Below are positions 1-12,183 of a stretch of DNA of 64,000 nucleotides, in pieces. Below the pieces are notes generated by a model. It saw only the letters and a list, made by a program, of their open reading frames with translations, did no database searches and was not told the DNA's origin. Source of the stretch: Lama glama (lineage: Eukaryota); NCBI GenBank assembly GCA_028534125.1, contig CM052816.1, positions 16,928,001 to 16,992,000 on the forward strand, given 5' to 3'. Positions within the stretch are counted from its first letter, which is position 1. Every line of letters starts with the position of its first letter. A program made the translations under genes and the position numbers.

Positions 1-169
1 TCATTTTGAGCAATGTTTGAGATGTGAAGTGAATTCCCTTCCAGGTCCTGCCCTTTAATCACAGGCTTTTGTACCATGAAGGAATAGAATGGTTGAGAAT
101 ACTTTTCCTTTTTCCCAGTGTTTGCCATTGCATCCATGTATGCTCACATTACAAACTATTCTTGTTAGT

Positions 170-385
170 GTAATGTAACAGTTAAAAGTCCAACCTTGGA
201 AGTTAGACAGGATTTAATATGACTCTACTTGAAAACATTGAACCATGATCCTCAGTATTATTATTTGTAAAATAGAGATAAAAGTTGTTTCAGGATTGTT
301 GTAAAGATTTAGTTAAGGTAATATCTGTAAAACATTTAGCACAGTGCCTTGCATGTGGTAACTACTCAATAGGTATTAGGGATAA
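170..385 (+). mobile_element. MIR SINE
   Basis: cctcag...tgtaaaat...gtaaaacatttagcacagtgcct...actcaata. Confidence 0.65.
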
Positions 386-616
386 ATATTGGCTCTTAAC
401 TTGTCTTTCCCCAAATACACAAACTGTAGGCCGGTATTTTCTTTGTTATGGTATTGATTATATTGAACTGATTTGATTGCAAAATAATTTGCCCTCCTAG
501 AAACTACGCATAACTTAAACAAAGCTCCCCTCTCTAAAACTTAGTCTAATACGTTGAAACTTTGAAAGGTCATTCCTTTTAGGCTTGCTTATCATATTTT
601 TACTTTTTTTCCATAG

Positions 617-666
617 CATTGTGCTTCCCAGTACTCAGAGCTCCTGGAGACCACAGAGACCCCGAA
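617..666 (+). CDS. BRD8: BRD8 exon (HCASQYSELLETTETPK)
   Basis: ccatag|CAT ... AA|gtgagt. Confidence 0.93.
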
Positions 667-3600
667 GTGAGTACAGAGCCAGGCACCTGAGCCAAATCTC
701 TTCAGTGGAGAGTATTTACTGTAGAAATCTTTTTTTTTTTTAAATCTATTTATATTACTGGTAGCTAAGAGTATAATAGAAGTTATCAATGGTTAGGTGG
801 TAGAGAAGGCTCAAAAAAAGCAAGTGGGAATAGGAACAAGTGTTCTCTTATTTAAGTGTATGTGTGTTTGTGTGTTTTTAATTTTCCATAGACGGAAACG
901 GGGTGAAAAGGGAGAAGTGGTGGAAACTGTTGAAGATGTCATTGTTCGGAAACTGACTGCTGAACGAGTTGAGGAACTAAAGAAAGTGATAAAGGAAACC
1001 CAGGAAAAATACAGGTACGTTATCAGAGAGGACACCAAAAGGTTGGGAGAAACAAATGGGGCTGACTTCTGATTCTGGTCAGAATTTTTCAAATAGATTA
1101 AAAAAACTCAATCTACTTACTTCTCTTCCTACAGACGACTGAAAAGAGATGCAGAATTAATTCAGGCTGGGCACATGGACAACAGACTGGATGAGCTTTG
1201 CAATGACATTGCAATGTGGGTTATATTATATTGTTTTTCCATCTATACTATTTTTTTCCTTTTTTACCCTCTTTACTCCTTAATAATCTGGCTTATTTCC
1301 TACATCTGCCATCCTTTTAAACTTGAGAGATTCTGAAAGGGGAAAGCTTTAGACTGGCCTGGTAGCTGGGAGAGGATAGTGAGTCCTAGAAGGTAATGTG
1401 ATAGAACATTTCAGTGTAAGAATATAACTTAGTTCTAATTTAAAAGTGGCTCTGCTTTGCCTTGGTGAAGAACTAGTAGTTAGGCAGTACACTCAAAATT
1501 CCCTGTTTTGCTGATAAAGATTCTTTTCCTCCAGAAAGTGTTAGTCTGGCAAGAGATTTCCTTGTGAGGGTACTGCAAACTGTGAAGGAGCTAGAACTGA
1601 CTGGGATCTACCCTTAATTTCCTCTTTAGGAAAAAGAAATTGGAGGAAGAGGAGGCTGAAGTAAAGAGGAAGGCTACAGATGCTGCATATCAGGGTAAGC
1701 TGAACCTACTGATTCTGTTTAGTATTTTGACTATACAGCACTGCATGCTGATGAGAATTATTGAGAAGAATTCAGTCATTGGACAAGAAGAGGAACTTAA
1801 ATATTTGTTAACTCTAGGAATACATTCTCTGAGCCAGTGAGGTCCTTCCCTCTTGTTAAAAGCAGAATCTTAGTAAGTTATTAAAGAGGATATTAAGGGA
1901 TGTTTAAGCCAGTTTCCTATTCCAAGGACCTTTGGGGTAAACAAGATTGCTGAGCATGAAAATTGCTCATAGGAAAAATCAAGCTAAAAAGTTGTAAAGA
2001 AAACTTTTTAATCCATATTCATAATGCAACATTCCTATTTGTCCTGTATTATATAATAGTAGTGTAGAATCTAGTTTCATTGATTTAATCTTGAAGGCTT
2101 AGAAATTGTTCTTTTTTATGTTATAGCTCGACAAGCAGTGAAAACACCACCTCGGAGGTTACCCACTGTGATGGTCCGCTCTCCTATAGACTCTGCCTCC
2201 CCAGGAGGTGATTATCCACTTGGGGACTTGACTACAACCACTATGGAAGAGGCCACCTCTGGGGTGAGTATATTTCTATCCGTAGGAATTGTTCAGCAAA
2301 GGGGCAATAAGCCAGCAGAGAGCTGAGTAATGAGGAAACCACTTTGGGCTTAGAGGCAATTTCCTCTCATGGCCTGAGTGCAAAAGACTTTATTTACCAT
2401 GTTCTGTGCTCTAAGACAAGAATGGGCATAAAAACATTGAGGCTTTTGACATTTTTAGATAGGTAGAAGACTGTATTAAGGACTTTTTTTTGTAAGTGTA
2501 CTGGTCTTAGGAAATTCCTGCTGTAATATGGAATGTTTTCTTTGTAAATATAACATTGATAGGGGGTAAGGAGTTTGTAAAAGGCAGGTTGGGTGGAGTG
2601 GTTGAGTCATTGTGGGTTTGAGCGGGTGGAAAAGAAAAAATTGTGGGGAAGGAAGAGCAGGAGGGGTAGAGGGTTTCCTGGGCAATTCCACTCAGGACTA
2701 ATAAAGTAATAGTTAGACACACTAACCCATCCAGATTAGTAGGGAACCTTCCTGAGTTTGAGAAGTCAGATAAAGGTTCTCTGTTGTCTCTTAGGTAACC
2801 CCTGGGACTTTGCCGAGTACCCCAGTCACCTCGTTTCCTGGAATTCCTGACACCCTTCCTCCAGGCTCTGCACCCTTAGAAGCCCCCATGACCCCAGTAA
2901 CAGATGATTCACCCCAGAAAAAGATGCTTGGACAGAAAGCAACTCCACCCCCCTCCCCTCTGCTGTCAGAGCTCTTGAAGAAGGGCAGCCTCCTGCCTAC
3001 TAGCCCCAGACTGGTATGGAGACTTCTGTGGGTGTTTGAGAGCTGTGGTGATTTAGTATTTTGGAAGGGAATGCCTGGGACCTAAAATATAACATGGAAA
3101 AAAATAGTTCAAAAGAGGAAGAGATCTCCTAGTTAAATGTTAATTCAAAACAAAACAAACACTTGGTAGTATCCTTGGCTCCTGAGGTATCTGAAACCAC
3201 AATTACTTTGGTTCTCTTCTCCAGAGAACTCTTGTCAAATAATTTTTGAAAATTAGTGTTCCCCATGGGTCTGAAATTATTTTCTTTGGATATTAACTTT
3301 TAATTTCATGAAGTTTGGTCAACTGCTGGAGCTTTTTGGGAAGTGGTAATAAAGGAAAGCTTGAGGATAGCCTTCACCTCTATTCTTCCCTGGTAGGTCA
3401 ATGAAAGTGAAATGGCTGTGGCTTCTGGCCACTTGAACAGTACAGGTGTCCTCCTGGAGGTAGGCGGGGTCCTTCCCATGATACATGGTGGGGAGATGCA
3501 GCAAACACCCAACACTGTTGCAGCCTCCCCTGCTGCTTCAGGTAAGTCACTGCTTTTCTGTTACCTGCTTTGTTTCAGAGATGTTGAACTTGGCATTGAC

Positions 3601-6600
3601 TGTCCTTGGTTTCTAGCCTTTGTTACTAAGCAACTGTCAATCCTAGATTTAAAACCCCACCTTGGAGCTACTTTACCTGTTAAACTTGAGATTGTAAATC
3701 TATTCCATCTTCAAAATACTGATCATCCTGGATGACCACAGCATAAATATTGATGAGAGAAATAGTTAATAGTAAAGCTGAAAAATCATGGAAGGGTGCT
3801 AGAGATACCTGAGACTACAGCATAGGGAGACAAGTTTTAGAGCTAGAAAATGAGGCTTGAGTCTCAGGCCTGCCACGCACTGGTTTTGTAACCTTGGATA
3901 AGTAACTTAACTCTTGAGCCTCAGTTTCCTCTCTTAATAATTGCACCATATATACTTCACAAGAATGTAGTTAAAATTAAGTAAGGTAGAAAATATAAAA
4001 CAAAAAAAAATTTTACAATATACTAAATATTAGATTTTAGTATTTGGTATTAAATTTTGTGTGATTTATAGCATGCTTAACTTCAGCAGCCATAACAGAT
4101 TTAGTCATGCTTTTTTTTTTTTTAATTACCCCTTATTTTTCATATGAGTTGTGTATTCTAATGCTTTGAGTCATTTCTAACTTGGCAGAAGATCTTAAGT
4201 AAGGTTTGGAAAAGTAAGGATATAGGTAATGAGCTTATTCAACAAAGGAGTTACTTTCATCCTTTGAGACTAAAAGTTTTCTTGATTGAGTCCTAAAGTG
4301 GCTATTTACTTCTTGGTCAAGTGCTTTCTTCTTAACTTATTTTGTGTACCTCTTTGTCTGTTAGGTGCTCCCACTCTTTCCCGGCTTTTAGAAGCTGGTC
4401 CTACACAGTTCACCACACCTCTTGCTTCCTTCACTACTGTTGCCAGTGAACCTCCAGTTAAACTTGTGCCACCCCCTATAGAGTCTGTATCTCAGGCTAC
4501 CATTGTCATGATGCCTGCGCTGCCAGCACCATCCTCTGCTCCAGCTGTCTCCACTCCTGAGAGTGTAGCTCCAGGTGCGTCCCTGACCCATGCCCTGAGC
4601 AGCCACTAGATCCAAAATTTCATTTTGAGCTTCAGTTAGAGAAAAGTGAACAAGAGCATCAGTTTTAATTCAGATGGTTCTCTTCTATTCTCCATGGACA
4701 TGTGCCATCTTTATCCTTAGAAAAACAAGGATGTGAGAAGAGGTGGGTGGGCATTTATGTGCTAAGGGTGAAAAAGCTAAGTGTACACTTATGAGTGGGT
4801 TTGAGAATGTGTTTTAACCTTTCTAGATGAAGCTGGAGGAAAGAAAACATAGGCAGATGTAAGATAACTTTTTCTCAGCTTAAATGTCTGGGTATTTGAC
4901 ATTGTCTAGATTTTTGGTGTGATCTCCAGGTGGTTAATTGGTACTAAATAAGCTTCTGAGATGCTTTTCTCTTCCTTTTATTCAGTGAGTCAGCCTGACA
5001 CTTGTGTTCCTATGGAGGCTGTTGGGGATCCACATACTGTGACTGTTTCCATGGATAGCAATGAAATCTCCATGATCATCAATTCTATCAAAGAAGAGTG
5101 TTTCCGATCAGGGGTAGCAGAGGCTTCTGGAGGATCAAAGGCTCCGAGCATAGATGGGAAGGAAGATTTAGATCTGGCTGAGAAGATGGATATTGCTGTA
5201 TCTTATACAGGTGAAGAGCTGGATTTTGAGACTGTTGGGGACATCATTGCTATCATTGAGGACAAGGTAACTATTCAGTAAAGCCCCAAAGAATCTCTCA
5301 TGGGTCCTACATAGGCTTCTCTCCTCAGCCTCTCCTTGCTTCTTGTAGTAAGAATTACATAAACAAGCAACTCTTCTTGCTTCTTCCCATCTTCATCTCT
5401 GGTCCCAAAGCCCTTTGGTGCTGACATACTAGTTATCTCCCCAGCCGTCCTTATGTACTGGTTTGCACAGGACATGTGCCTGTCCATTGGTTGCTTCTAC
5501 TTCATGGAGAAGATGGAGAGAGAAGCTGCAGATTCAGGCCATCTCATTTGGTGCTAATGAATTGAGGGACTTGGGCTTCTTTCTGTGACTTCAACAGTGT
5601 GTGTATTACGGGACAGGTAGATGATCATCCTGAAGTGCTGGATGTGGCAGCAGTGGAAGCAGCACTGTCATTCTGTGAGGAGAATGATGATCCCCAGTCC
5701 CTGCCTGGCCCCTGGGAGCACTCGATCCAGCAGGAACGGGAAAAGGCAGTACCTCTCCCTGCACCAGAGATGACAGTCAAGCAAGAGAGACTGGACTTTG
5801 AAGAAACAGAAAACAAAGGAATCCATGAACTGGTTGACATCAGGGAGCCCAGTGTTGAGATCAAAATGGAACCTGCAGAACCAGAGCAAAACATTTCAGG
5901 GGCTGAAATAATAGCTGGAGTTGTTCCAGCTTCAAGTATGGAGCCACCAGAACTCAGGAGTCAGGACTTAGATGAGGAACCCAGAAGTACTGCAACTGGA
6001 GAGATTACTGAAGCAGATGTTTCCAGTAGGAAAGGCGATGAGACTCCACTTACCACGGTGAAGACAGAGGTACTTAAGTTCAGGGGCTGGGAGGATGGAG
6101 GGCTATACCTTAGGTAAAAAGTGACAATTTAGGCCTTTGGTTGTCCTGTTGAATGCCTGAGTTCTGACATGCCGATGTGTCTAAAGCCCATAAGTGTGAT
6201 CAGTACTATATATACTTATCCTATTCCTGTTGAGGTGACCATTACATGAGTAGGACTTAGAATTTCTTGTATAGTCTTATTATCATTGAAGAATAAAGTG
6301 TAAGCTGTAGTGATTTACCACTGCTTAGGCTTTTTGTTCTTTTTGGCCTTCAGGCATCCCCCGAAAGCATGTTGTCTCCATCACATGGCTCAAATCCCAT
6401 TGAAGATACTTTAGAGGCAGAGACTCAGCACAAGTTTGAAATGTCAGGTAAATAATAAAGCCAGGAAATCTGTACCCCATAACTAACTTTAAATCATTTG
6501 CTTTGGCTTCTGAGGGATTGTGGGCTGTGGGCAAGTAGAGGAGGTAGAGTAGGTCAGCATGGAAAGGAGAGCTGCAGGGGATTATTGTCCATAGGAAGGG

Positions 6601-9600
6601 GAAGGCTAAGGTGGAAAAATCTTCAGGTAGTCTTTCTCTCCTCTGCAGACTCATTGAAAGAAGAATCAGGGACTATTTTTGGAAGCCAGATAAAGGTATT
6701 TCAGACTTTTCTTTATTCCTCTTGCTGTGTGACTAGATTTCCGTATAGCACTACCTTTTTAATGAATTTCAGTAAACTCACATCTTTATTCTCTAAGATG
6801 AGACTGGTTAAGGAGTTGCATGGGGAAAAGCTGCAGTGGACAGTCAGGTATAGTGGGAGTGCTATGGAAACATGTACCTCCCATCTTAAAGAGTTTGTGA
6901 ACATCACACAGAACTTTCTTTGCATATAATGCACAAAGAAGCTTTGATACATCCAGTGATTTAGACTGAGAAGGAATATCAGAACCAGGGAGAGCATACA
7001 AGAAATCATATTATTAATTACACTATCCAGAGAAAGTGATCCAGAGTTTTCTTTTTAGAATTACTAAAGCAATAGTAACAGACAGACTTAAAGTAATGCG
7101 ATGTGAGCTTGCTCCATCAGATAAGACACAAAATAAAAACTATTTTTGATAACTTTGTACCCAGGGTCAGAGTTCCTTTCAAGAGCAAGGGGAAAGAAGG
7201 AACGCCTCTTAGCTTAGTCTTAAGTAAGTAGCTTTTTTTTTTTCTTCCTTTTAAAAAGATCCTGGGTCTTATTCTTTGTCCAGGTTCTAAATGATTTGAT
7301 CATCAGTATCTGTAAGTAGATGGTAGTATAAGTGATAGAGAGCTCAGTCAGGAAACAGTGTGAGGCCATTTTCTAGAACTAATCTAACCCAAAAGATAGA
7401 TCATGTTTTAATGATGCTTTGCTGGATAGCTTTGCTCTCCTTTCCATTTGTTGATGGAAGCACACTGTGTCTAAGGATGCCCCAGGTGAGGATGAGGAGG
7501 AAGATGGAGTCAGTGAAGCGGCCAGCCTAGAGGAGCCTAAGGAAGAAGACCAAGGAGAAGGCTATTTGTCAGAAATGGATAACGAACCTCCTGTGAGTGA
7601 GAGTGACGATGGCTTTAGCATACACAATGCTACGCTGCAGTCCCACACACTGGCAGACTCCATCCCCAGCAGCCCGGCTTCTTCACAGTTGTGAGTATCT
7701 GAGATTCTTTCTTTGAGGTCAAGGCATTAAAGGTGAGAAGTAGGAGAGGGTCTTTCTTTAGTCTTACTTTAGTCTTACTTCTTCATCTTCCTTTTCTTGG
7801 CCTGGAACAAATAGTTGAAAAGATATAATTAGGACTTGTTGTTGTTGTTGTTGTTGTTGACGACTTATGCCAAGTGGGACTCCCATATTTCTTTTATTTC
7901 AGCTCTGTCTGTAGTGAGGACCAGGAAGCTATTCAGGCACAGAAAATCTGGAAGAAAGCCATCATGCTTGTATGGAGAGCTGCAGCCAATCATAGGTAAA
8001 TGGGCTTTACTAATTAGTAGAAACATTTTCTCCTGCTCCTCATTGTTGGTAACCAGAACAAAATCTTGAGTACACTTATATGGGACTGATGGCATTGGCT
8101 CTTAAAACTTTAGCTGCTTAGATCAAGCTCCCTCAGCTGTTCTTCTGGAGGATCAGTCAGTAATTGTACCATATTCTTTTTGGACAGGTATGCCAATGTC
8201 TTCCTGCAGCCTGTTACAGATGACATAGCACCTGGCTACCACAGCATTGTACAAAGGTAAGCCATGATCCGTTCAGCATGCTGACTTGCCCGAATTGTAA
8301 GTTGTCAAGTCTTAGTGGATTTTTGTGTTAGACAGAAAGTTTAAAGCAAGTGTTTTAGATGTAAGGATGACCAAGTGCTAAACTAATCATTTCATTGACT
8401 GGATCATCAAATCTACAATAATTAGCCCCCTTTATTACCTTTCTCAATGCTTATTATACAGACTGAATTTGGCTTTTGGGTTAAATTCATAGTTTGGGGC
8501 AAGGGTTTGATGTTTGAGTCCTAGCAGCTGGGACTGAAGTTATATATGAGAAAGTGTATATGGTAATGATATATTCAGGGATGCAGTTGAGTCTTCTTCC
8601 CCTCTCTGCTCCCACTTACCCTTGTTCTTCTTTTAGGCCTATGGATTTGTCAACTATTAAGAAAAACATTGAAAATGGACTGATCCGCAGCACAGCTGAA
8701 TTTCAGCGTGACATTATGCTGATGTTCCAGAATGCTGTAATGTATAATAGTTCAGACCACGATGTTTATCACATGGCAGTAGAAATGCAGCGAGATGTCT
8801 TGGAACAGATTCAGGTACTTTGAGGATCCTTAGTGTTTTCGGACGATGAAGTGAAAGTATTTAAGGGTAGGATTCATAACTGATGTTAAGGACTGCTGTG
8901 GTTTTTACTTTGAACAGCCATCAGGGACACAGGAAGATAAAATTTTGTTCTTGCTGGATTCAGTGTTGGTTTTCTCATTTTGGTTTGGTAAAATTGTGAG
9001 AGAATATTCTGCATTTATTGGGCAAATGTCTTCAGTTTCTTTAAGTTTTTTAATAAAATTTTTATAAAATGGTGACTGTATATTTTTAAAATTACATTAA
9101 GTATATACATGGTAGTGAACAAATAGTTTCTTCTCCCTTTCTTTACATTGCAGGGAGCCTACTTCTGTCCTGTAGTTGCATTACCAGGCACCCTTTGAGA
9201 TACTAATTTGAAGGGGATGTTGTCTGGCTCTACAGAGTCTGCCAAATTGCTTAAATTACTTAGTGATCTTCGGTTCATCTAGTTTTATTCTTTTTCCTAT
9301 CTTAGAGCATAGATATTTTGATGCTGTATTTAGCAAAAAATAAAAAAATTAGAGCCATTTGGCATTTTCTGACTTCAGCATGCGCAACTAGAATTAAAAA
9401 TGTGCTAAACTTCTAATCAGTCAAGAGATATTTGAATGCTGTTTGCAGAAGGATACTGTTCAAAATCCTATTTATAAAGTCTAAGGTGTCTTCATTCTTC
9501 CCTGCTGGATCAGGTCTCTAGGCCTAACTTTGTTTCTTCTCCCTTCAGCAATTCCTGGCCACACAGTTGATTATGCAAACATCTGAGTCTGGAATCAGTG

Positions 9601-11883
9601 CTAAAAGTCTTCGAGGGAGAGATTCTACCCGCAAACAAGATGCTTCAGAGAAGGTGAGGAGACCAAGAAAAAGCCTATGTGCCAGTGTTTCAGTGCTAGA
9701 AATCTGAAGCATCTAAGGAACCTTATGTTACTACTTGGTACTGCCAGGATTCTACATTCCAGTGGTATACAGACATATAGATCTTAGAATGGTGGTTGTT
9801 TTGCTCCCATCCAAGCACTGAAGAAACCTGCTGTGACTGGAAGGTCCAGTCACATGAGAGAAACTGTGAGCTGGGTGAATGAATTGTTATCTCCTCTGGG
9901 AGAGTGCTTGCAAGGTGGAAATGACTTAGCTTGCAGCATTTGGGGACCACTAGTTCCTGTTCAGAGGCGTAATGGCCATATTGCTTTTGGATCTCTTTCC
10001 TCTTATTCTTGAGTTTTAAAATTTTGTCTTTGTGTGTGTGGTGCTTGTGTCTCTGTCCTGAGGTTTGGGGTGCTTGCAGCTGAGAGTTTCTGTGGAACCT
10101 GATCAGTGTTTGTTTGTCCTCTAACAGGACAGTGTCCCCATGGGCTCTCCTGCCTTCCTTCTCTCTCTCTTTGTAAGTATTGAATGGCTGCAAGGGGTGG
10201 TGTTGCCACAGAGATTCTTAGCTCCTGCTGGGGGTGGGTGGCAGAGGGAACTCCAACATGCAGACTGTGGCAATGTCTTGAACTTCTGTTTTTTCAGGTC
10301 ATCAAATAAGAAAGTCTCTTCTGCATTTCTGTCTTTCTGCATGTGTGTGTGTGTGGGCTGGGTAGGGACTGTTTATGAGTTCTCTGAGCTGATATGAGTT
10401 ATTCTTGGTAAGATCTAGGATGCATCTGCTCCTCATTTCTTGACTCCACCTTTTGAGAATTCTTTTCTTACAAATAGAAGAATGCTCAGGGCAGCAGCTG
10501 CTAGCTGGCTTTTAAAAAGTGTTCCTTATACTTGCAGATACTCAGCACATGGTTTTTTCTTTTTCTCTAACGTGAAGTTGCAAGAGTGATGCCTGATACA
10601 TAAACCTTCAGTAAAATTTAAGATAAAGATCTCGGTAACAATGACCACTAAAAATAGTAGTGACTGATGGAATTAAGAGATAAGCTTAGTAAAGTTAGCC
10701 TGAAGACTTCTGTCCTTTTCCACCATGATTTGAACAACTCTCTGACTCTGTTTTGTTCATTATGGGGCACGCGGTTGTGATGTAATGGAAGGATATCAGG
10801 CTAGAAAACCACATGATCGTAAAAGTCACTGAATTATCTCTTGGAGCTTTGTTTTCCTTATCTATGTAATGGAGGTAATGTAAAGAAGTACCTGTCCAGC
10901 CTACCTCACAGGGATGTTGTGAGGATAAAATAAGTTAATAGGTATGGAACTGGCTTGGAAAAAAAAAAATTGAAGTGTTATACAAATGCAAGGGTGGTAT
11001 TTTTATACTTACTGTTACCTCAAAAGCAACTTGTGTTCATGAGCTCTGAGAATTTTAGAGTCCTTGCATTATTAGAAATACAAAAATGGCCTGGCCCAGC
11101 AAAAGTGTTCACTAGTTCATCTTGCCTACAGGCCTCAGCCTGTACCACAGATAGAACACTGTAATCCCTATTCTTTCTTATTGGCCTGCAACAGTGACTC
11201 TGGATCCCCAAGCAATTGACTGGCTGTTGCAAGGCTGGTTAATAAGATCTTTTATCTATTGAAGACAGCAAAGTGTTGGACAAGAGGAAGGAGCTGGGCT
11301 GCAGGGAGAGAGCAGCAGATGGAAAGAAGCCTTCTGATTGTCCTGATCTCATGGAAAACAACTCAGGAGGTGCTAGGGAACTAGTGCCAGGGTCAGTCTG
11401 CAGGAAAGGCCTTTCTTATAGGGACCAACAGCTGGACAGGTATGTTAGCCAAGAATCTCACTATCCACTGCCCTTTCTCACTCTCCCACCTTTCTTTTAC
11501 TCTTCCTTTTCCTTTGCACATGATTTGGGGCCTGGGTGGGATGACTCATTGTCATTCTCTGGGACCCTAGGTAAACTCCAGTGACCTCTAAGGTGGGCAG
11601 GAACAGGATACTCTGCCCTGCATTTCCTCTCACACACTACTGCCAGGTACTTTTTAGCCCACTCTGGGAAGACAGACACATGCCCCCTCATTTCCTGGAT
11701 TTTTCTGCTGATTCTCTCCCCTCTCTCCCAGAAAACCAAATCCCCAGCATTCTTGTTTCACCTTCTCTCTTAACTTGTAACCAACTCACTCATGCTCCCT
11801 TTCTTTGTCTGCCTGTCATCTAGGATGGGGGAACCAGGGGGCGCCGCTGTGCCATTGAAGCAGATATGAAGATGAAAAAATGA
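617..11883 (+). CDS. BRD8: BRD8 short isoform (one bromodomain), 5'-partial; join 617-666,892-1014,1135-1215,1630-1694,2127-2263,2795-3013,3397-3541,4365-4574,4986-5266,5617-6069,6354-6447,6649-6695,7476-7690,7903-7995,8188-8256,8637-8814,9549-9653,10128-10172,11824-11883
   Basis: Exons with AG/GT borders and consistent phases translate from HCASQYSELLETTETPK to DGGTRGRRCAIEADMKMKK*, matching recalled mammalian BRD8 (NuA4/TIP60 subunit). Confidence 0.96.
892..1014 (+). CDS. BRD8: BRD8 exon (RKRGEKGEVVETVEDVIVRKLTAERVEELKK...)
   Basis: catag|A ... AG|gtacgt; lies in ORF 797-1072. Confidence 0.95.
1135..1215 (+). CDS. BRD8: BRD8 exon (RLKRDAELIQAGHMDNRLDELCNDIA)
   Basis: tacag|A ... AT|gtgggt. 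Confidence 0.93.
1630..1694 (+). CDS. BRD8: BRD8 exon (KKKLEEEEAEVKRKATDAAYQ)
   Basis: tttag|G ... G|gtaagc. Confidence 0.94.
2127..2263 (+). CDS. BRD8: BRD8 exon (RQAVKTPPRRLPTVMVRSP...EEATSG)
   Basis: tatag|CT ... GGG|gtgagt. Confidence 0.95.
2795..3013 (+). CDS. BRD8: BRD8 219-nt in-frame cassette exon (VTPGTLPSTP...LSELLKKGSLLPTSPRL)
   Basis: cttag|GTA ... CTG|gtatgg; phase 0/0, 73 codons; absent from the recalled human long isoform. Confidence 0.92.
3397..3541 (+). CDS. BRD8: BRD8 exon (VNESEMAVASGHLNSTG...PAAS)
   Basis: ggtag|GTC ... G|gtaagt. Confidence 0.95.
4365..4574 (+). CDS. BRD8: BRD8 exon (GAPTLSRLLEAG..., LXXLL motif)
   Basis: gttag|GT ... CCAG|gtgcgt. Confidence 0.95.
4986..5266 (+). 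CDS. BRD8: BRD8 exon (VSQPDTCVPMEAVGDPH...IIEDK)
   Basis: ttcag|TG ... AAG|gtaact. Confidence 0.95.
5617..6069 (+). CDS. BRD8: BRD8 exon (VDDHPEVLDVAAVEAALSF...VKTE)
   Basis: gacag|GTA ... GAG|gtactt; 151 codons. Confidence 0.95.
6354..6447 (+). CDS. BRD8: BRD8 exon (ASPESMLSPSHGSNPIED...KFEMS)
   Basis: ttcag|GCA ... G|gtaaat. Confidence 0.94.
6649..6695 (+). CDS. BRD8: BRD8 exon (DSLKEESGTIFGSQIK)
   Basis: tgcag|AC ... AAG|gtattt. Confidence 0.93.
7476..7690 (+). CDS. BRD8: BRD8 exon (DAPGEDEEEDG...SSPASSQ)
   Basis: ctaag|GAT (AAG acceptor) ... TT|gtgagt. Confidence 0.92.
7836..7859. repeat. (TTG)8 microsatellite in a BRD8 intron
   Basis: Direct inspection. Confidence 0.9.
7903..7995 (+). 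CDS. BRD8: BRD8 exon, start of bromodomain 1 (SVCSEDQEAIQAQKIWKKAIMLVWRAAANH)
   Basis: ttcag|C ... AG|gtaaat. Confidence 0.95.
8188..8256 (+). CDS. BRD8: BRD8 bromodomain 1 exon (YANVFLQPVTDDIAPGYHSIVQ)
   Basis: gacag|G ... AG|gtaagc; 69 nt. Confidence 0.95.
8637..8814 (+). CDS. BRD8: BRD8 bromodomain 1 exon (PMDLSTIKKNIENG...NAVMYN...EQIQ)
   Basis: tttag|G ... CAG|gtactt; 178 nt; bromodomain PMDL and YN motifs. Confidence 0.96.
9549..9653 (+). CDS. BRD8: BRD8 exon (QFLATQLIMQTSESG...DASEK)
   Basis: ttcag|CAA ... AAG|gtgagg. Confidence 0.95.
10128..10172 (+). CDS. BRD8: BRD8 45-nt exon (DSVPMGSPAFLLSLF)
   Basis: ctaacag|GAC ... TTT|gtaagt; phase 0/0. Confidence 0.9.
10780..11000 (+). mobile_element. 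MIR SINE
   Basis: ttccttatctatgtaatgg...cctacctcacagggatgttgtgaggat. Confidence 0.65.
11824..11883 (+). CDS. BRD8: BRD8 short-isoform terminal coding exon (DGGTRGRRCAIEADMKMKK*)
   Basis: tctag|GAT ... TGA. Confidence 0.93.
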   Translation, partial: DGGTRGRRCAIEADMKMKK

Positions 11884-12177
11884 AGCCTCAGAGTATCCAT
11901 TTTGAGCTGAACCTGAAATAGAAGTAAAGACAAGAGTTTGGGCTTGTGGGCCCAGTTCCAGAAGTGGAAGTTACAGAAGAGGAGGTGCCTGGGCCATGTG
12001 ACAGAGCTGGGAAAATCTTTCTCCGAGTGTTGGAGTAGCACAATTGCCTGTTTTAGGGCAGAAATCATGAGCTGTGTTAATGTCCTAATGTATTGCTAGC
12101 AGATTGTAGCTAGTTTGTACTGTCTTGTGGAGTGTACAGACTTTAAAAAAAAAAAATCCTGTGAAGTGTGTGTACAC

Positions 12178-12183
12178 AATAAA
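12178..12183 (+). terminator. BRD8: Proximal polyadenylation signal of BRD8 (short isoform)
   Basis: AATAAA about 295 nt after the stop, TGTA upstream, GT-rich tract downstream (12203-12235). Confidence 0.8.

Noticed and set aside
9723..10193. 156-aa antisense ORF in BRD8
   Set aside because: No recognisable homology, and the start is a non-ATG codon; explained as a chance frame
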